Source: a virus
Strand: one strand, 5' to 3'
Length of the DNA: 64,000 nucleotides
Virus record (IMG/VR): IMGVR_UViG_3300025018_000004
Span: 1 to 64,000 of that record
Within the stretch, counting starts at the first letter, position 1. Each line of letters begins with the position of its first letter. Shown piece by piece: positions 14,504 through 24,571 of the stretch. The notes beneath the pieces were generated by a model, which worked only from the letters and a program-made list of their open reading frames with translations, did not search any database and was not told the origin of the DNA. Both the position numbers and the translations under genes were made by a program.

Positions 14504-14750
14504 GGCCAGGATTCCTCTCGAGGAGTGGCTTCGAATGAGAACCTCCGCAAAAAATGCGGAGAAAATGATGACTCACACCAAAAAGGCTCTCCACCACGTC
14601 CAGGTCCTGCTCAGCCACATGTTGGTCAAGGATGAGGATATTGGGCGATCTTTGGTAGCATCGATCACAGAATTCAACAATCAATCCAATGCGGCGATTA
14701 TCAGAGTTGAGGCTGGCCGCGTAACCATCGAGCTGAAAGAGGAGTCGTGA
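14466..14750 (+). CDS. hypothetical protein (94 aa)
   Basis: ORF track, ATG start. Confidence 0.55.
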   Translation: MDKQQNTDRIVGEARIPLEEWLRMRTSAKNAEKMMTHTKKALHHVQVLLSHMLVKDEDIGRSLVASITEFNNQSNAAIIRVEAGRVTIELKEES

Positions 14751-14798
14751 AACCCAAGAAGATCCCCAGAGAGCGCGAACACACCTATCAACGTAAAC

Positions 14799-15149
14799 AT
14801 GGCCACTCCCAAACAAAAGATCCTGAAGGTACCGGCGACGACAACGCTGCAGTACCTTCAGTTATTCAACGGCCTATTCGAGCTGACGACAAAGGAAATG
14901 GAAGTACTTGCCGCCTTTGTGACGCTTCACCTTCATCTGAAGAAGGTGGGTGTGATGGCCAATGTCTTCTCGAGTGACATGAAGAAGAAGGTGGCTGAGC
15001 AATTGAAGTTCGACAACTGGAATCACCTGAACGTCTACATCAAACAGCTTCGAGACAAGAAGGCCATTCGGAAGATTCCAGGTGGCTATGATATTCACCC
15101 TTTCCTGATCCCGACTGGAGAGAAGGAAATAATTTTTCGACTCAAATGA
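14799..15149 (+). CDS. putative winged-helix DNA-binding protein (116 aa)
   Basis: The segment LTTKEMEVLAAF...NHLNVYIKQLRDKKAIRKIPGGY looks like a MarR-type wHTH recognition helix plus wing. This is pattern-level evidence only. Confidence 0.5.
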   Translation: MATPKQKILKVPATTTLQYLQLFNGLFELTTKEMEVLAAFVTLHLHLKKVGVMANVFSSDMKKKVAEQLKFDNWNHLNVYIKQLRDKKAIRKIPGGYDIHPFLIPTGEKEIIFRLK

Positions 15150-15499
15150 TATTTCAACTCGTCTTACTCGCCGTTTTTGGTTTCATCCAGAACATGGCGT
15201 TTACCTGGACATCTCGCTCCCGTAATTCTGGCGATCCGTCATATCATCGGTATGCGGCCTGGTGTTCAAACGGTATCTGGCTCATCACGAACCTGACCGC
15301 ACTCACCGTGCTTCTTGACCCGGTCAAAAACGGCGATTGGCTCACGGCTCTGCCTGCTGGCCTGGTTTACATCATCTTTACCACCGAAGGAAGTGTTTTC
15401 ATGATGAGAATTCTCCTCGGGAAGATCCATGTCCCTATGTTGAGCAAGTGGCTCACGGAGAAGGGAGAGCGTAAAGTGGGGCATAAATATGGCACATGA
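15146..15499 (+). CDS. membrane protein (117 aa)
   Basis: Hydrophobic segments are FQLVLLAVFGFIQNMAF, IWLITNLTALTVLL and LPAGLVYIIFTTEGSVFMM. ATGA coupling with the upstream ORF. Confidence 0.6.
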   Translation: MIFQLVLLAVFGFIQNMAFTWTSRSRNSGDPSYHRYAAWCSNGIWLITNLTALTVLLDPVKNGDWLTALPAGLVYIIFTTEGSVFMMRILLGKIHVPMLSKWLTEKGERKVGHKYGT

Positions 15500-15857
15500 T
15501 ATTCTACGAGAACGCCTTTTGAAGAAAGCTGGCCTCGCCAAGGAGAAACGGGCGGCAGATCTCGATTTACTAAGAGAAAAGAACTGGTGTCCTGAGTTTG
15601 AGGAGATGATGCGGAATAGATTAGTCATGGGAGCCCTTCGACACAATGACGGGAATCCCTGGCCACAGCCGGAGGGAATGTATGACTATGTCGCCTATCT
15701 GCGCACGAAGCTGGATCTCTATGAGAAAGAAAGAAACACTGAGCTCCTGGTTGATGTGGCAAATATGGCTATGTTGGAATATGTCTTTGGTACACATCCA
15801 GATCGGCACTTCGAAGCTCTCAATGATCATGGACATCACTATCAACGAATAGGATAA
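15489..15857 (+). CDS. hypothetical protein (122 aa), weak all-alpha MazG/dNTP-pyrophosphohydrolase-like pattern
   Basis: GALRH...LLVDVANMAMLEYVF recalls the ...RHL...H.A.NL.FL pattern of phage dATP/dGTP diphosphohydrolase-type proteins. The functional hint is weak. Confidence 0.55.
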   Translation: MAHDILRERLLKKAGLAKEKRAADLDLLREKNWCPEFEEMMRNRLVMGALRHNDGNPWPQPEGMYDYVAYLRTKLDLYEKERNTELLVDVANMAMLEYVFGTHPDRHFEALNDHGHHYQRIG

Positions 15858-15858
15858 T

Positions 15859-16098
15859 ATGGCCAAGCCAGCAAGAAAGAACGAGATCATCCGTAAGATT
15901 GCTCTTGACGAGGGTCTTACCAAACAGCAAGTAGAGGAAGCTGTGAACAGTCAATTCCGATTTGCCCACAGGGTCATGGCTTCTAACACGTTTGCACAGG
16001 TGAGGCTTCCGTTCTTTGGTCGCTTCTGGGTGAAGCCCGCCAGGCTCAAGTTCCTACAGAAATTTGGGAAGCGTATCCCAGACCAAGAGGATGATTGA
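15859..16098 (+). CDS. HU/IHF-like DNA-binding protein, truncated (79 aa)
   Basis: KNEIIRKIALDEGLTKQQVEEAVNSQFRFAHRVMASNTFAQVRLPFFGRFWVKPAR parallels HU [54 protein letters not shown]. The beta-arm is absent. Confidence 0.5.
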   Translation: MAKPARKNEIIRKIALDEGLTKQQVEEAVNSQFRFAHRVMASNTFAQVRLPFFGRFWVKPARLKFLQKFGKRIPDQEDD

Positions 16099-16143
16099 CT
16101 TACACATACGACATTTTGTTGAACACAACTTACTGATAATACA

Positions 16144-16617
16144 ATGTCCTTGAATACAACCTATTTCGATCATGTCATCAGGATGCGTCAACGCATTATC
16201 AATGCTGAGCGAAGCATTACAGTTAAGTCAGCAACTCATCTGATGACTACGGCTAGATTCTCTCTGGGACTGGTTCTGGATCTGAGCAACTATCCGCACA
16301 ACCCATACAAGAGAGCCCATCAGATAAGGGCTAGGGGAAAGGGAAACAAGAAGGCCCTCAATCCCCTGACAGAAGACGCGGAAGAAATGCGTTTCCATGG
16401 AAGCTCCGTCGCTGACCTCGAAATGCTCAGACAAGAGTTGGATAACATCGCCCATCTCATCCACTCCTCTCTGTACCTGCCGTTGGGCTCTATGGATCTG
16501 GGGCATTTAGCGGATTTTGTATCTAGAGCTCATCAGGATATCCTGTTGGCAAGATGTTTTGTGTCTGTTCAATTGGCTCGTATGGCCACAGAAACGGAGA
16601 ACGATCCAGATGATTGA
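16144..16617 (+). CDS. hypothetical protein (157 aa)
   Basis: ORF track, ATG start. Confidence 0.6.
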   Translation: MSLNTTYFDHVIRMRQRIINAERSITVKSATHLMTTARFSLGLVLDLSNYPHNPYKRAHQIRARGKGNKKALNPLTEDAEEMRFHGSSVADLEMLRQELDNIAHLIHSSLYLPLGSMDLGHLADFVSRAHQDILLARCFVSVQLARMATETENDPDD

Positions 16618-16933
16618 AGAAGCGGAATTTGATTCAAATGAGATGACCTACAGCAGGTTGTCCAGGGTCTACTTCGAAGGAGATCATCCTGACGAGGGGC
16701 CCATCTGTGTTCTGTTGCTACTCATACCTCATTACGAAGACAAGGGGCTGAAAGGCATCTGCTTCATGCGTGTAGCAGAGGATCCAGAGCTGTTCAAAGT
16801 TGGACACAAAATTGGAATCATGGAATCGAAGGCATGGATTCGATATCCAAATGGTCAACATAGAGAACTGAAGAAGATTGGTTCTACGCAATCTGAATAC
16901 AAAAACCCAGGCAAAATCTATATAGGGGGCTGA
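16610..16933 (+). CDS. hypothetical protein (107 aa)
   Basis: ORF track 16517..16933, trimmed to ATG 16610 (MIEEAEFD...), which overlaps the upstream stop as ATGATTGA. Confidence 0.55.
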   Translation: MIEEAEFDSNEMTYSRLSRVYFEGDHPDEGPICVLLLLIPHYEDKGLKGICFMRVAEDPELFKVGHKIGIMESKAWIRYPNGQHRELKKIGSTQSEYKNPGKIYIGG

Positions 16934-16934
16934 A

Positions 16935-17501
16935 ATGAAGCTATTGGTGCTAGAAGACGACTTGAGAGCATATCCATCTCCGGAAGCAGCAATGATTCCT
17001 GAGTTCAAGGCTCTCATTCGTCGAGACAGAGGATCACCTGGGGACTCACAGGGGAAAAAGAAACAGAAGGCTGCTCGAGAGTTTGCCTACATTTACCATA
17101 TCTGCTCTCATGAGAGTCCATACCGGAGCTATGAAGGCGAGTATCGGGAGGAAAAAGTCAGAACCGATGTCTTTCATGACATGCCTGAATGGAGAGCCGA
17201 CAAAGACGTCAAAGCAGCAAAGGATAAATACGAGGAGCTCACGGATACTGAGCTCACGATGCTGCTCAAGGGAGCTACTTCTGCAGTGAACAAGTTGCGT
17301 GGTTACTTTGAGACAGTTGACTTTACAGCTCTTGATGAACAAGGACGCCCTATTTACACTGCAAAAGATGTTGTTTCTAACTTGAGCAATCTTGGCAAAG
17401 TAGTTGAAGGGTTAGAGAGACTCAAAGAACAGGTAGAAAAGGAAGAACTAGGCAACTCCGCCAATAGAAAGGGAGTTGAAGTAAACAGATTTTCTGAATA
17501 A
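16935..17501 (+). CDS. candidate small terminase subunit (188 aa)
   Basis: The call rests on position only. It lies immediately upstream of the large terminase and has a charged, helical C-terminal half. No motif recognised. Confidence 0.45.
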   Translation: MKLLVLEDDLRAYPSPEAAMIPEFKALIRRDRGSPGDSQGKKKQKAAREFAYIYHICSHESPYRSYEGEYREEKVRTDVFHDMPEWRADKDVKAAKDKYEELTDTELTMLLKGATSAVNKLRGYFETVDFTALDEQGRPIYTAKDVVSNLSNLGKVVEGLERLKEQVEKEELGNSANRKGVEVNRFSE

Positions 17502-17506
17502 TCTAT

Positions 17507-19546
17507 ATGGGAAGGATTCTAGTTAATACGGATTACCTGCGTGAAAACGCTCTCCACTTCATGAAGCATGGGTATTACACCGATGCTCCAGCGGGAACGA
17601 GAGCATATAACGAGTTTTGGGATGAGGAGCTGCGCCGTATTCAATATGGCCATTCTGTTGGGGGTCTGCATATCACTGGCCCCCATTACTGGTATCTGAA
17701 CTACTGCCAGATCTTGAGAGTAGAGGACCAGGCAGAGCTCTCAGGTCGGAAAGGGGTGGGTAAGGTTCAGACCTTTCCTGCTTTTTGGGATGGTGATTAC
17801 AACTTCTTTTGGGCGGCTGAGATTGCACGCCATGGTATTGAGAAGGAGCTGTATGCCGCTCTCGATCTCGAAATCCAGATCAAGCCGGAAGATCTCCCAG
17901 GTGGACGACATCTGGTGGTTTTGAAAGCTCGAGGAAAGGGTTATTCGTACAAAGCAGGGTCCATGCTTTCCCGTCTCTTTTGTACTGGCCGGAAGATGAA
18001 GTCCTACGCCATGGCATTTGAGAAGGAGTACCTGACCAAGGATGGTGTGCTCAACAAGGCCTGGGACAACATCTCATTTGTCGATAACCACACAGCATAC
18101 AGACAGCCTCGCATCAAGGATCAGGAGATGCACAAGCAGTCAGGGTACAAAAGGAATGTTGGCGGTACAGACGTCACCATGGGTACTCTGAACGAAATCA
18201 TTGGAGTTTCCCTCAAGGATGACCCAGACAAAGCTCGCGGTAAGCGAGGAGAGCTCATCTTCTTCGAGGAAGCCGGTAAATTCCCTGGGCTGTTGAAGGC
18301 CTGGGGAGTTTCCCGTCCATCTGTAGAACAGGGCGCGTACACATCGGGGATGATGATCGCGTATGGAACTGGTGGTACTGAAGACGCCAACTATGATAGT
18401 TTGGAAGAGTTGTTCTACAATCCAGAGGCCCACAACGTTCTGGCAATGGACAATATCTGGGATGATGGCGCAACTGGAACCTTCTGTTCTTTCTTTGTCC
18501 CCACTCAGCAAAACTGGGAAGGGTACATTGATTCGAATGGCAACTCAGATCTCGAAGGAGCCAAAGCATATCACGAGCTTCAGAGAGACCTGAAGAAGAA
18601 GAGTCAGGAGCCCACAGCACTCGAACAGTATATCTGTGAGAACCCATATACTCCGCGTGAGGCTACCCTCCAGACGACTGCCAATCTGTTTCCTACGATT
18701 GTACTGCAGGACCAGTTGAACTCTGTCCAGGCCCATGACAGACACAATGCAGGCACCCCAGGCATACTCTATCGATCCAAGGAAGGAGTAGTGAAGCTGA
18801 AGGTGACTGACAAAGCAACCCCCGTTTACGAATACCCCCTCAAGCGTGGCCAAGACACAACTGGCTGCGTTGTCGTATACGAAGCCCCCATCAAAGGAGA
18901 TACTGGCAAAGTCCCAATGGGGCTGTATGCTATTGGCCATGACCCCTACGCCCATGACAATTCACATGGAGGATCATTGGGAGCGGCCTATGTTCTGAAA
19001 CGAGCAAACAACTTCTCTTCAAGTCTCAACGAAGGGATAGTTGCCTCCTATGTTGGTCGTCCTTCATCTCAGGATGAGTATAACGATCAGCTGCTGCTGT
19101 TGGCCGAGTACTACGACTGCAAAATCGGCTTTGAGAATGACCGTGGTGATGTTATTGGATACGCCAAAAGGTTCCGGAAACTCCATCTCCTTGAAGAGGA
19201 ATTCGAGATGCTGGATAAGAAGGAACTGCAGTCCAGGCGTGTACGACGTCCCTTCGGCATGCACATGACTGAAGCACGGAAGAAGCAAGGTGAGATTTAT
19301 ATTCGAGACTGGTTGAATCAGCCTGTCACTCATTATGATGATGGTTCAACAAGACTGATGGCCCATACTATTTTGGACCCAGGTTTGCTACGAGAGCTGT
19401 TGAAGTTCAACCATAAAGGGAACTTTGACCGTGCCATGGCGCTGATGGTATCAATGTACTACTTGAAAGAGCTCCATAACGCAGAGGTGACTCCGCGAGA
19501 TGAGAGTGTACACAATGAATTTTTTGACCGACAACTCTTCTCATGA
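17507..19546 (+). CDS. terL: terminase large subunit
   Basis: 679 aa. Walker A-like VVLKARGKGYSYKAG, Walker B-like GELIFFEEAG, and C-terminal nuclease-like acidic motifs (YAIGHDPYAHD, GFENDRGD). An ATGA overlap links it to the portal gene. Confidence 0.85.
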   Translation: MGRILVNTDYLRENALHFMKHGYYTDAPAGTRAYNEFWDEELRRIQYGHSVGGLHITGPHYWYLNYCQILRVEDQAELSGRKGVGKVQTFPAFWDGDYNFFWAAEIARHGIEKELYAALDLEIQIKPEDLPGGRHLVVLKARGKGYSYKAGSMLSRLFCTGRKMKSYAMAFEKEYLTKDGVLNKAWDNISFVDNHTAYRQPRIKDQEMHKQSGYKRNVGGTDVTMGTLNEIIGVSLKDDPDKARGKRGELIFFEEAGKFPGLLKAWGVSRPSVEQGAYTSGMMIAYGTGGTEDANYDSLEELFYNPEAHNVLAMDNIWDDGATGTFCSFFVPTQQNWEGYIDSNGNSDLEGAKAYHELQRDLKKKSQEPTALEQYICENPYTPREATLQTTANLFPTIVLQDQLNSVQAHDRHNAGTPGILYRSKEGVVKLKVTDKATPVYEYPLKRGQDTTGCVVVYEAPIKGDTGKVPMGLYAIGHDPYAHDNSHGGSLGAAYVLKRANNFSSSLNEGIVASYVGRPSSQDEYNDQLLLLAEYYDCKIGFENDRGDVIGYAKRFRKLHLLEEEFEMLDKKELQSRRVRRPFGMHMTEARKKQGEIYIRDWLNQPVTHYDDGSTRLMAHTILDPGLLRELLKFNHKGNFDRAMALMVSMYYLKELHNAEVTPRDESVHNEFFDRQLFS

Positions 19547-21825
19547 TCCACACTTCCAGCAACTTCCAGCAAATCCCCCGGCAGAAAGTCTCCCGGGCGG
19601 AAAAAACAGACAAGTGGGCACAGGACACGATAGACGCAATTATCGGATCCTCCAACTTCGAACCAGGGCACGTCGGAGATAGAGACCTTCTTCGCAAGGC
19701 CTATGAATACTACAATGGGATCATCGACGACGATGACTATACCCATGTGCTACGCCCATACGGAAAAACCAGAAAGAACTTTCCTGCCAAGCTGCACAAC
19801 TATCCGATCATCAAGCCGGTGATTGATCTCCTCCTTGGAGAAAAACGTAAGCGCCCACTCAATTATACCGTTGCTGTAGCCAATCCGGATGCTATCACAG
19901 AGAAGGAAAAGGCGGTCAAAGAGGCCGTATTTCAGAACCTGCAGCAACAGTTCATCAATGAGTTGAGCCGACAAGGTATTCAGACTGGAATGGAGACAGA
20001 GGGAGAAGATCCTCCAGAGGTCATCGCCAAGGCTGCAGCCACCTCATATCAGGATGCAAGAGCCATTCGTGGACAAGAGTCTCTGAATTACATGATGCAT
20101 AATATGCGTCTGAGAAATGAGTTCAGTAAAGCGTGGTTCCACTTCCTAGTTTCAGGTATGGCTATTACATTCAGAGACGTGATTGCCGATGAGCCCGTTT
20201 TCGATATCCTCAATCCGCTGGAAGTTGATTTTGACAAGTCTCCGGATACGGAGTTTATTGAAGATGGAGATTGGGCAGTCCACCGCATGCTTGCTACACC
20301 CGCCAGGGTGATTGATCTATTCTACGACGAACTCTCAAGCGGACAGGTAGACCGTATAGAGCGCCCTGAAAATAATCGCTCTGAGGCCTTCCTCTTGTAC
20401 TCAGATCTTGAGAAGAACGAAGAGTCAAAAGATCGCCTGGTAGAGGTCATGCGTGTGTTCTGGAAGTCTCTCAAGAAGGTGGGAATCGTTTCCTACATTG
20501 ATGAGGACGGCATGCTCCAGGAGATGGAGGTTGAAGAGGGCTACAAAACCGGCCCAGATGAACAAGTAGAATGGTATTGGATCAATGAGGTCTGGGAAGG
20601 ATACCGCCTAGATGGAGACATCTACCTGAAGATGCGCCCAATGGATGTGCAGCGTGGATCTCTCGACAACCTGTCGACCTGCAAGCTCCCCATCAATGGT
20701 CGGAAGTATTCGGACACCAATGCTCCGAACATCTCTCTGGTCCTGCTGGGTATTCCATATCAGCTCAATTATAACATCTTCAAGTATCGTCTGGAAGTAG
20801 CTCTGGCCAAGTCCAAGGATCTCATCGCTCAGTTTGACATCAACATGATGCCAAAGGGATGGGACATGGACAAGTGGATGTACTTCCTGGATGCCACTGG
20901 TATTGCGTGGACCGACTATGCCAAGGAGGGAGTCACGCTCAATCCTCAACATCAGTCTGTTCTGGACATGTCCATCAAGACCATTGGTGACTGGGTGACT
21001 CTCATGGAAGCCACCCGCACAGAATGGATGGAACTGGCTGGAGTCAACAGACAGCGTCTTGGTGGCGTTTCCCAGTACGATGGAAAGGCTACTGTTGAGC
21101 AGTCCATCATCCAGTCATCTCACATTACAGAGGACATGTTTGCCAAGTTCGCTGAGCTGGAACAGCGAGATCTGCAAGCACTCCTTGATCTCTCAAAGCT
21201 TGCTTGGATAAACGGCAAGAAGTCCATGTACGTTCTGTCTGATCTATCCCAGGCTTATTTGGAGATCGACGGTATTGACCACATGGAGTCTGAGTATGGA
21301 GTCTTTGTGAGCGATGCCTCCTCCGACCTGGAAAAGGTTCAGATGGTTCAGGCTCTCGGTCAGGCCATGGCTCAGAACGGAACACCTCTCTCAGCAATCG
21401 TTGATATCATTGATGCAACCAGCTTGCCGCAGATCAGACAGAAGATCAAGGAAGCAGAGGCCTCAATGCAGAAGCTGCAGGAAGCCCAGGCACAGGCCCA
21501 GCAGGAAATGGAACAGGCCAAGATGCAAAGCGATCAGATCAAACTGGATGAGGAAGCTCGTCAGAAGGATCTTGACCGTCAGAACAGAATCGATGTTGCA
21601 CTCATCCAGGCTGAGTCCCAGCGTAGTCTCGCTGAGCTCAATCTTGGTGATGTGGATGATGATCGAGCAGTTCAACTCAAACGTGAAGAGATGGCACAGA
21701 AGGAGCGCCTTGAGCGCGAGAAGCTGTCCATTGATCGCAAGAAGGCAGACAATGATCGTATCAAAGCAGATGCGGCAATGAAGAAAGCATCACAGAAACC
21801 TCCGAAGGTCGGAGGATCTAAATAA
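19543..21825 (+). CDS. portal protein with a long C-terminal coiled-coil (barrel-like) extension
   Basis: 760 aa, directly after terL. The C-terminal ~170 aa are Q/E/K/A-rich heptad-like sequence (QKLQEAQAQAQQEMEQAKMQSDQIKLDEEARQKDL...). Confidence 0.75.
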   Translation: MIHTSSNFQQIPRQKVSRAEKTDKWAQDTIDAIIGSSNFEPGHVGDRDLLRKAYEYYNGIIDDDDYTHVLRPYGKTRKNFPAKLHNYPIIKPVIDLLLGEKRKRPLNYTVAVANPDAITEKEKAVKEAVFQNLQQQFINELSRQGIQTGMETEGEDPPEVIAKAAATSYQDARAIRGQESLNYMMHNMRLRNEFSKAWFHFLVSGMAITFRDVIADEPVFDILNPLEVDFDKSPDTEFIEDGDWAVHRMLATPARVIDLFYDELSSGQVDRIERPENNRSEAFLLYSDLEKNEESKDRLVEVMRVFWKSLKKVGIVSYIDEDGMLQEMEVEEGYKTGPDEQVEWYWINEVWEGYRLDGDIYLKMRPMDVQRGSLDNLSTCKLPINGRKYSDTNAPNISLVLLGIPYQLNYNIFKYRLEVALAKSKDLIAQFDINMMPKGWDMDKWMYFLDATGIAWTDYAKEGVTLNPQHQSVLDMSIKTIGDWVTLMEATRTEWMELAGVNRQRLGGVSQYDGKATVEQSIIQSSHITEDMFAKFAELEQRDLQALLDLSKLAWINGKKSMYVLSDLSQAYLEIDGIDHMESEYGVFVSDASSDLEKVQMVQALGQAMAQNGTPLSAIVDIIDATSLPQIRQKIKEAEASMQKLQEAQAQAQQEMEQAKMQSDQIKLDEEARQKDLDRQNRIDVALIQAESQRSLAELNLGDVDDDRAVQLKREEMAQKERLEREKLSIDRKKADNDRIKADAAMKKASQKPPKVGGSK

Positions 21826-21918
21826 CAAGTGTCATATTGTAAGGGCCATAAAAACCGTTGAGTTTTTCTCAACATTGGCCCACGATTGGCATACAATCAA
21901 CCGAATACACAGAGAGCA

Positions 21919-23058
21919 ATGGCAAAGAAACAAGACAAGCTGAATCTCGACGACATCGACTTTGATGCCGCATTCAATCCAGAAGAAGATGGAACACCCC
22001 GACTTCCTCTTGATGACGATGATGACAGAAAGACTGATGATCAGCCTCCCAAGGGAGAAGAAGTCGATAATGACGACGATTCTGATGATGACGATGGTGA
22101 AGACGAAAGTCTTGACGATGATGATTCGTCTGATGAATCCAATAAGGTCAAAGATGACAAAAACAAGGGAGATGATGATGACGAAGACGATGAAGAAGGA
22201 AGCGATGAGCTTCCTCCTCTAGTTGACGAAGTCAGAGGACTCCTTGGGTTTGACATTGAAGATGAGTTCGAAGACACCCCCGAAGGTCTGGTAGAACTGA
22301 CTAAGCGCGCAGCAACCAAGATGGCTGATACGCAACTCAAGGAGTTGTTTGATGCCATGCCGGATGTTGAGCAGTACATGCAGTTCAGACTCCAGGGTGG
22401 TGACTCCGCCCAGTTCTTTGAAACGTTCTATGGCGAAACTGACTACGAGACCACGCAGGTCAAGGAGGATGATATCGCCATGCAGGAGCACCTCGTCCGG
22501 AGAGCTATGGAGCTCAAGGGATTCGAGCAGGAGGACATCAAAACTTCTGTCGAGGAATTCAAAAACACCGGCATTCTCCAATCGCAAGCTGAAATGGCTC
22601 GCAAGGGACTGGTAAAGTACCAGAGTCGGGAAAAAGAACGACTCTTGAAAGAGCAGGAGCGGCAAGCGCAGGAGGTTCAAAAGCAGACAGAGGCCTACTG
22701 GACAGAGGTTACGGAAACCATCCAGAAATCCAATGAGCTGCGTGGAATCCCAATCTCGGAAAAGGATAAGAAGGAACTTATGGATTACGTGAGTAAGCCA
22801 GTAAGAGACGGAATGTCAGCTTTCCAGGTTGCCATGAATGAGGCTCCTACGGATGTCTATCTGGCCATCGCGGCCTTATTGAAGCGCGATTTCAATCTTG
22901 ACGGTATTGTTTCTCGGAAGGCATCGAGCCTGAAGGCAAACAACCTGAGAGAGCGAATGTCAAAGAGCAAGGACAAGCTCAAGTCCAAGGGTCAACAGAC
23001 CAAGGGAAGAGTGGACAACCCGAGCTTTGACGCGCTTGATTTGAGCATCGGAACATAA
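21919..23058 (+). CDS. scaffolding protein candidate with a hyper-acidic N-terminal region
   Basis: The ORF-track start 21886 is a TTG. The first ATG is at 21919 (MAKKQDKLNL...). It lies between the portal and capsid genes, has D/E-rich low complexity, and has a helical C-terminal half. Confidence 0.6.
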   Translation: MAKKQDKLNLDDIDFDAAFNPEEDGTPRLPLDDDDDRKTDDQPPKGEEVDNDDDSDDDDGEDESLDDDDSSDESNKVKDDKNKGDDDDEDDEEGSDELPPLVDEVRGLLGFDIEDEFEDTPEGLVELTKRAATKMADTQLKELFDAMPDVEQYMQFRLQGGDSAQFFETFYGETDYETTQVKEDDIAMQEHLVRRAMELKGFEQEDIKTSVEEFKNTGILQSQAEMARKGLVKYQSREKERLLKEQERQAQEVQKQTEAYWTEVTETIQKSNELRGIPISEKDKKELMDYVSKPVRDGMSAFQVAMNEAPTDVYLAIAALLKRDFNLDGIVSRKASSLKANNLRERMSKSKDKLKSKGQQTKGRVDNPSFDALDLSIGT

Positions 23059-23085
23059 ATCACCAACCAAACGCAATAACGCGCC

Positions 23086-24498
23086 ATGAAGGTAACACGT
23101 ACCTATTTCAACGATGCGCAGATGACGGACATGAATTCACTGGCCAATGCGCTTCTGGCGCGGCCTGCTGAGATCAGCCCTATTCTGACGCATCTCGGTG
23201 GCCGGGAAGACAAGCGATTCCCGCTCACTATGCTCACGGAAGGCGTGGGCAACACCAAATCCATTGACCAGCTCGAGTATGAGTACCGTGTACAGACCCG
23301 TCTGCGTAAGACGCGGCCTGTTGCTGTCACGAACTCTACCTCCAGTCTTGGCCTCGGTGGCTCCCTTTTCACTCTTGACTTTCCGGACAAGTGGTTCATC
23401 AAGGACTACGTTCTGGTAGCAGAAAGCGGGACCCAGGCCCGTGTCATGGCGGAACCAGTTCCAAATGGCTCTAACTGGACCTACACTCTTCGTCTTGTCA
23501 ATCCTGATCCTGCTGCTTTCCTTCCTGCATCTGATGCAGTTGGTGGAGCTCTCTGGGGTCAGCTGTTTGCTCCCGTGGGCACGGATTTCTCGCGTGGGAA
23601 CGCCAGCAACTGGCAGTCTCCTGAGAAAATCCGCCACAAATTGTCGACGATCCGTAAGTCGTATTCCTTCAGTGGTAACGCCAAGGATTACGTTGTCGTC
23701 TTCGATCTTCCCCTGAATGATGGTCGCACCACGCGCCTCTGGATGGATTACGAAGAGTGGCAGTACATGCTCCAGTGGAGAGAAGAAGCTGAGATGCTCT
23801 ACTGGTATGGTCAGCAGAGTTACAATGCCAACGGCGAAAGCAATCTCCTCGACGAGAATGGTCAGCCTATTGTCATTGGCCCTGGTCTCTTTGAGCAGGT
23901 CATCAACAAGGACACGTACTCTGAGCTCACTGCCACGAAGCTGAAGAACACCATTGGTGATCAGTTCTATGGCATGACTGACGGACAGAATAAGCAGATC
24001 ACTGTTTATACTGGTACTGGTGGTGCTCGTGAGTTCGATGAAGCCATGAAGGATGAGCTCTCAGGCTACCGTCAGTTCAACGACGGCAAGTTTGTCAGCG
24101 GTGATGGTCGGAATATGACTCTCACTGGATTCTTCACCACCTACGAGCATGTTGACGGTCATACTGTCCGCGTGGTCAAGGTGCCGCTGTTTGACCATGG
24201 TACCGTTGCCCAGGCTGCTGCCAAGCACCCAGTCACTGGTTACAGCATGGAATCCTATCGGATGGTTTTCGTTGACCAGTCTACGTACGATGGTCAGTCT
24301 AATCTGACGATGATCAACAAGAAGGGTCGGGAGATGCTCCGCTGGGCCGTTGCCGGTTCTGTGGTTCCCAATGGCTTCGGTCAGTCTCTCCTCCGTGCCA
24401 GTGATGTTGACGGTGCTTCCGTCCACTTCCTGAAAACGGCTGGAGTCCTGCTCCGTCGCTTTGACACTTCCATCGATCTCCAGTGCGTGGCTTCCTAA
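23086..24498 (+). CDS. major capsid protein candidate
   Basis: 470 aa, following the scaffold gene and followed by a stable GC hairpin. Size and position are typical of an HK97-fold MCP. No database check was possible. Confidence 0.7.
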   Translation: MKVTRTYFNDAQMTDMNSLANALLARPAEISPILTHLGGREDKRFPLTMLTEGVGNTKSIDQLEYEYRVQTRLRKTRPVAVTNSTSSLGLGGSLFTLDFPDKWFIKDYVLVAESGTQARVMAEPVPNGSNWTYTLRLVNPDPAAFLPASDAVGGALWGQLFAPVGTDFSRGNASNWQSPEKIRHKLSTIRKSYSFSGNAKDYVVVFDLPLNDGRTTRLWMDYEEWQYMLQWREEAEMLYWYGQQSYNANGESNLLDENGQPIVIGPGLFEQVINKDTYSELTATKLKNTIGDQFYGMTDGQNKQITVYTGTGGAREFDEAMKDELSGYRQFNDGKFVSGDGRNMTLTGFFTTYEHVDGHTVRVVKVPLFDHGTVAQAAAKHPVTGYSMESYRMVFVDQSTYDGQSNLTMINKKGREMLRWAVAGSVVPNGFGQSLLRASDVDGASVHFLKTAGVLLRRFDTSIDLQCVAS

Positions 24499-24519
24499 GC
24501 CACCTCTATGTCAAGGTCT

Positions 24520-24539
24520 GGGGGAGGTAACACTCCCCC
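24520..24539 (+). terminator. GC hairpin just after the capsid gene (attenuator or RNA-stability element; no U-run)
   Basis: GGGGGAG (24520-26) pairs with CTCCCCC (24533-39) across the 6-nt loop gtaaca. Confidence 0.4.
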
Positions 24540-24571
24540 GCCTTGAACATGATCACAAAAAACCCCATACA

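Noticed and set aside
21314-21781. 155-aa alternative-frame ORF inside the portal gene (R/S/Q-rich)
   Set aside because: It arises from the repetitive CAG/GAA-rich coiled-coil coding region of the portal C-terminus. There is no independent evidence for it.
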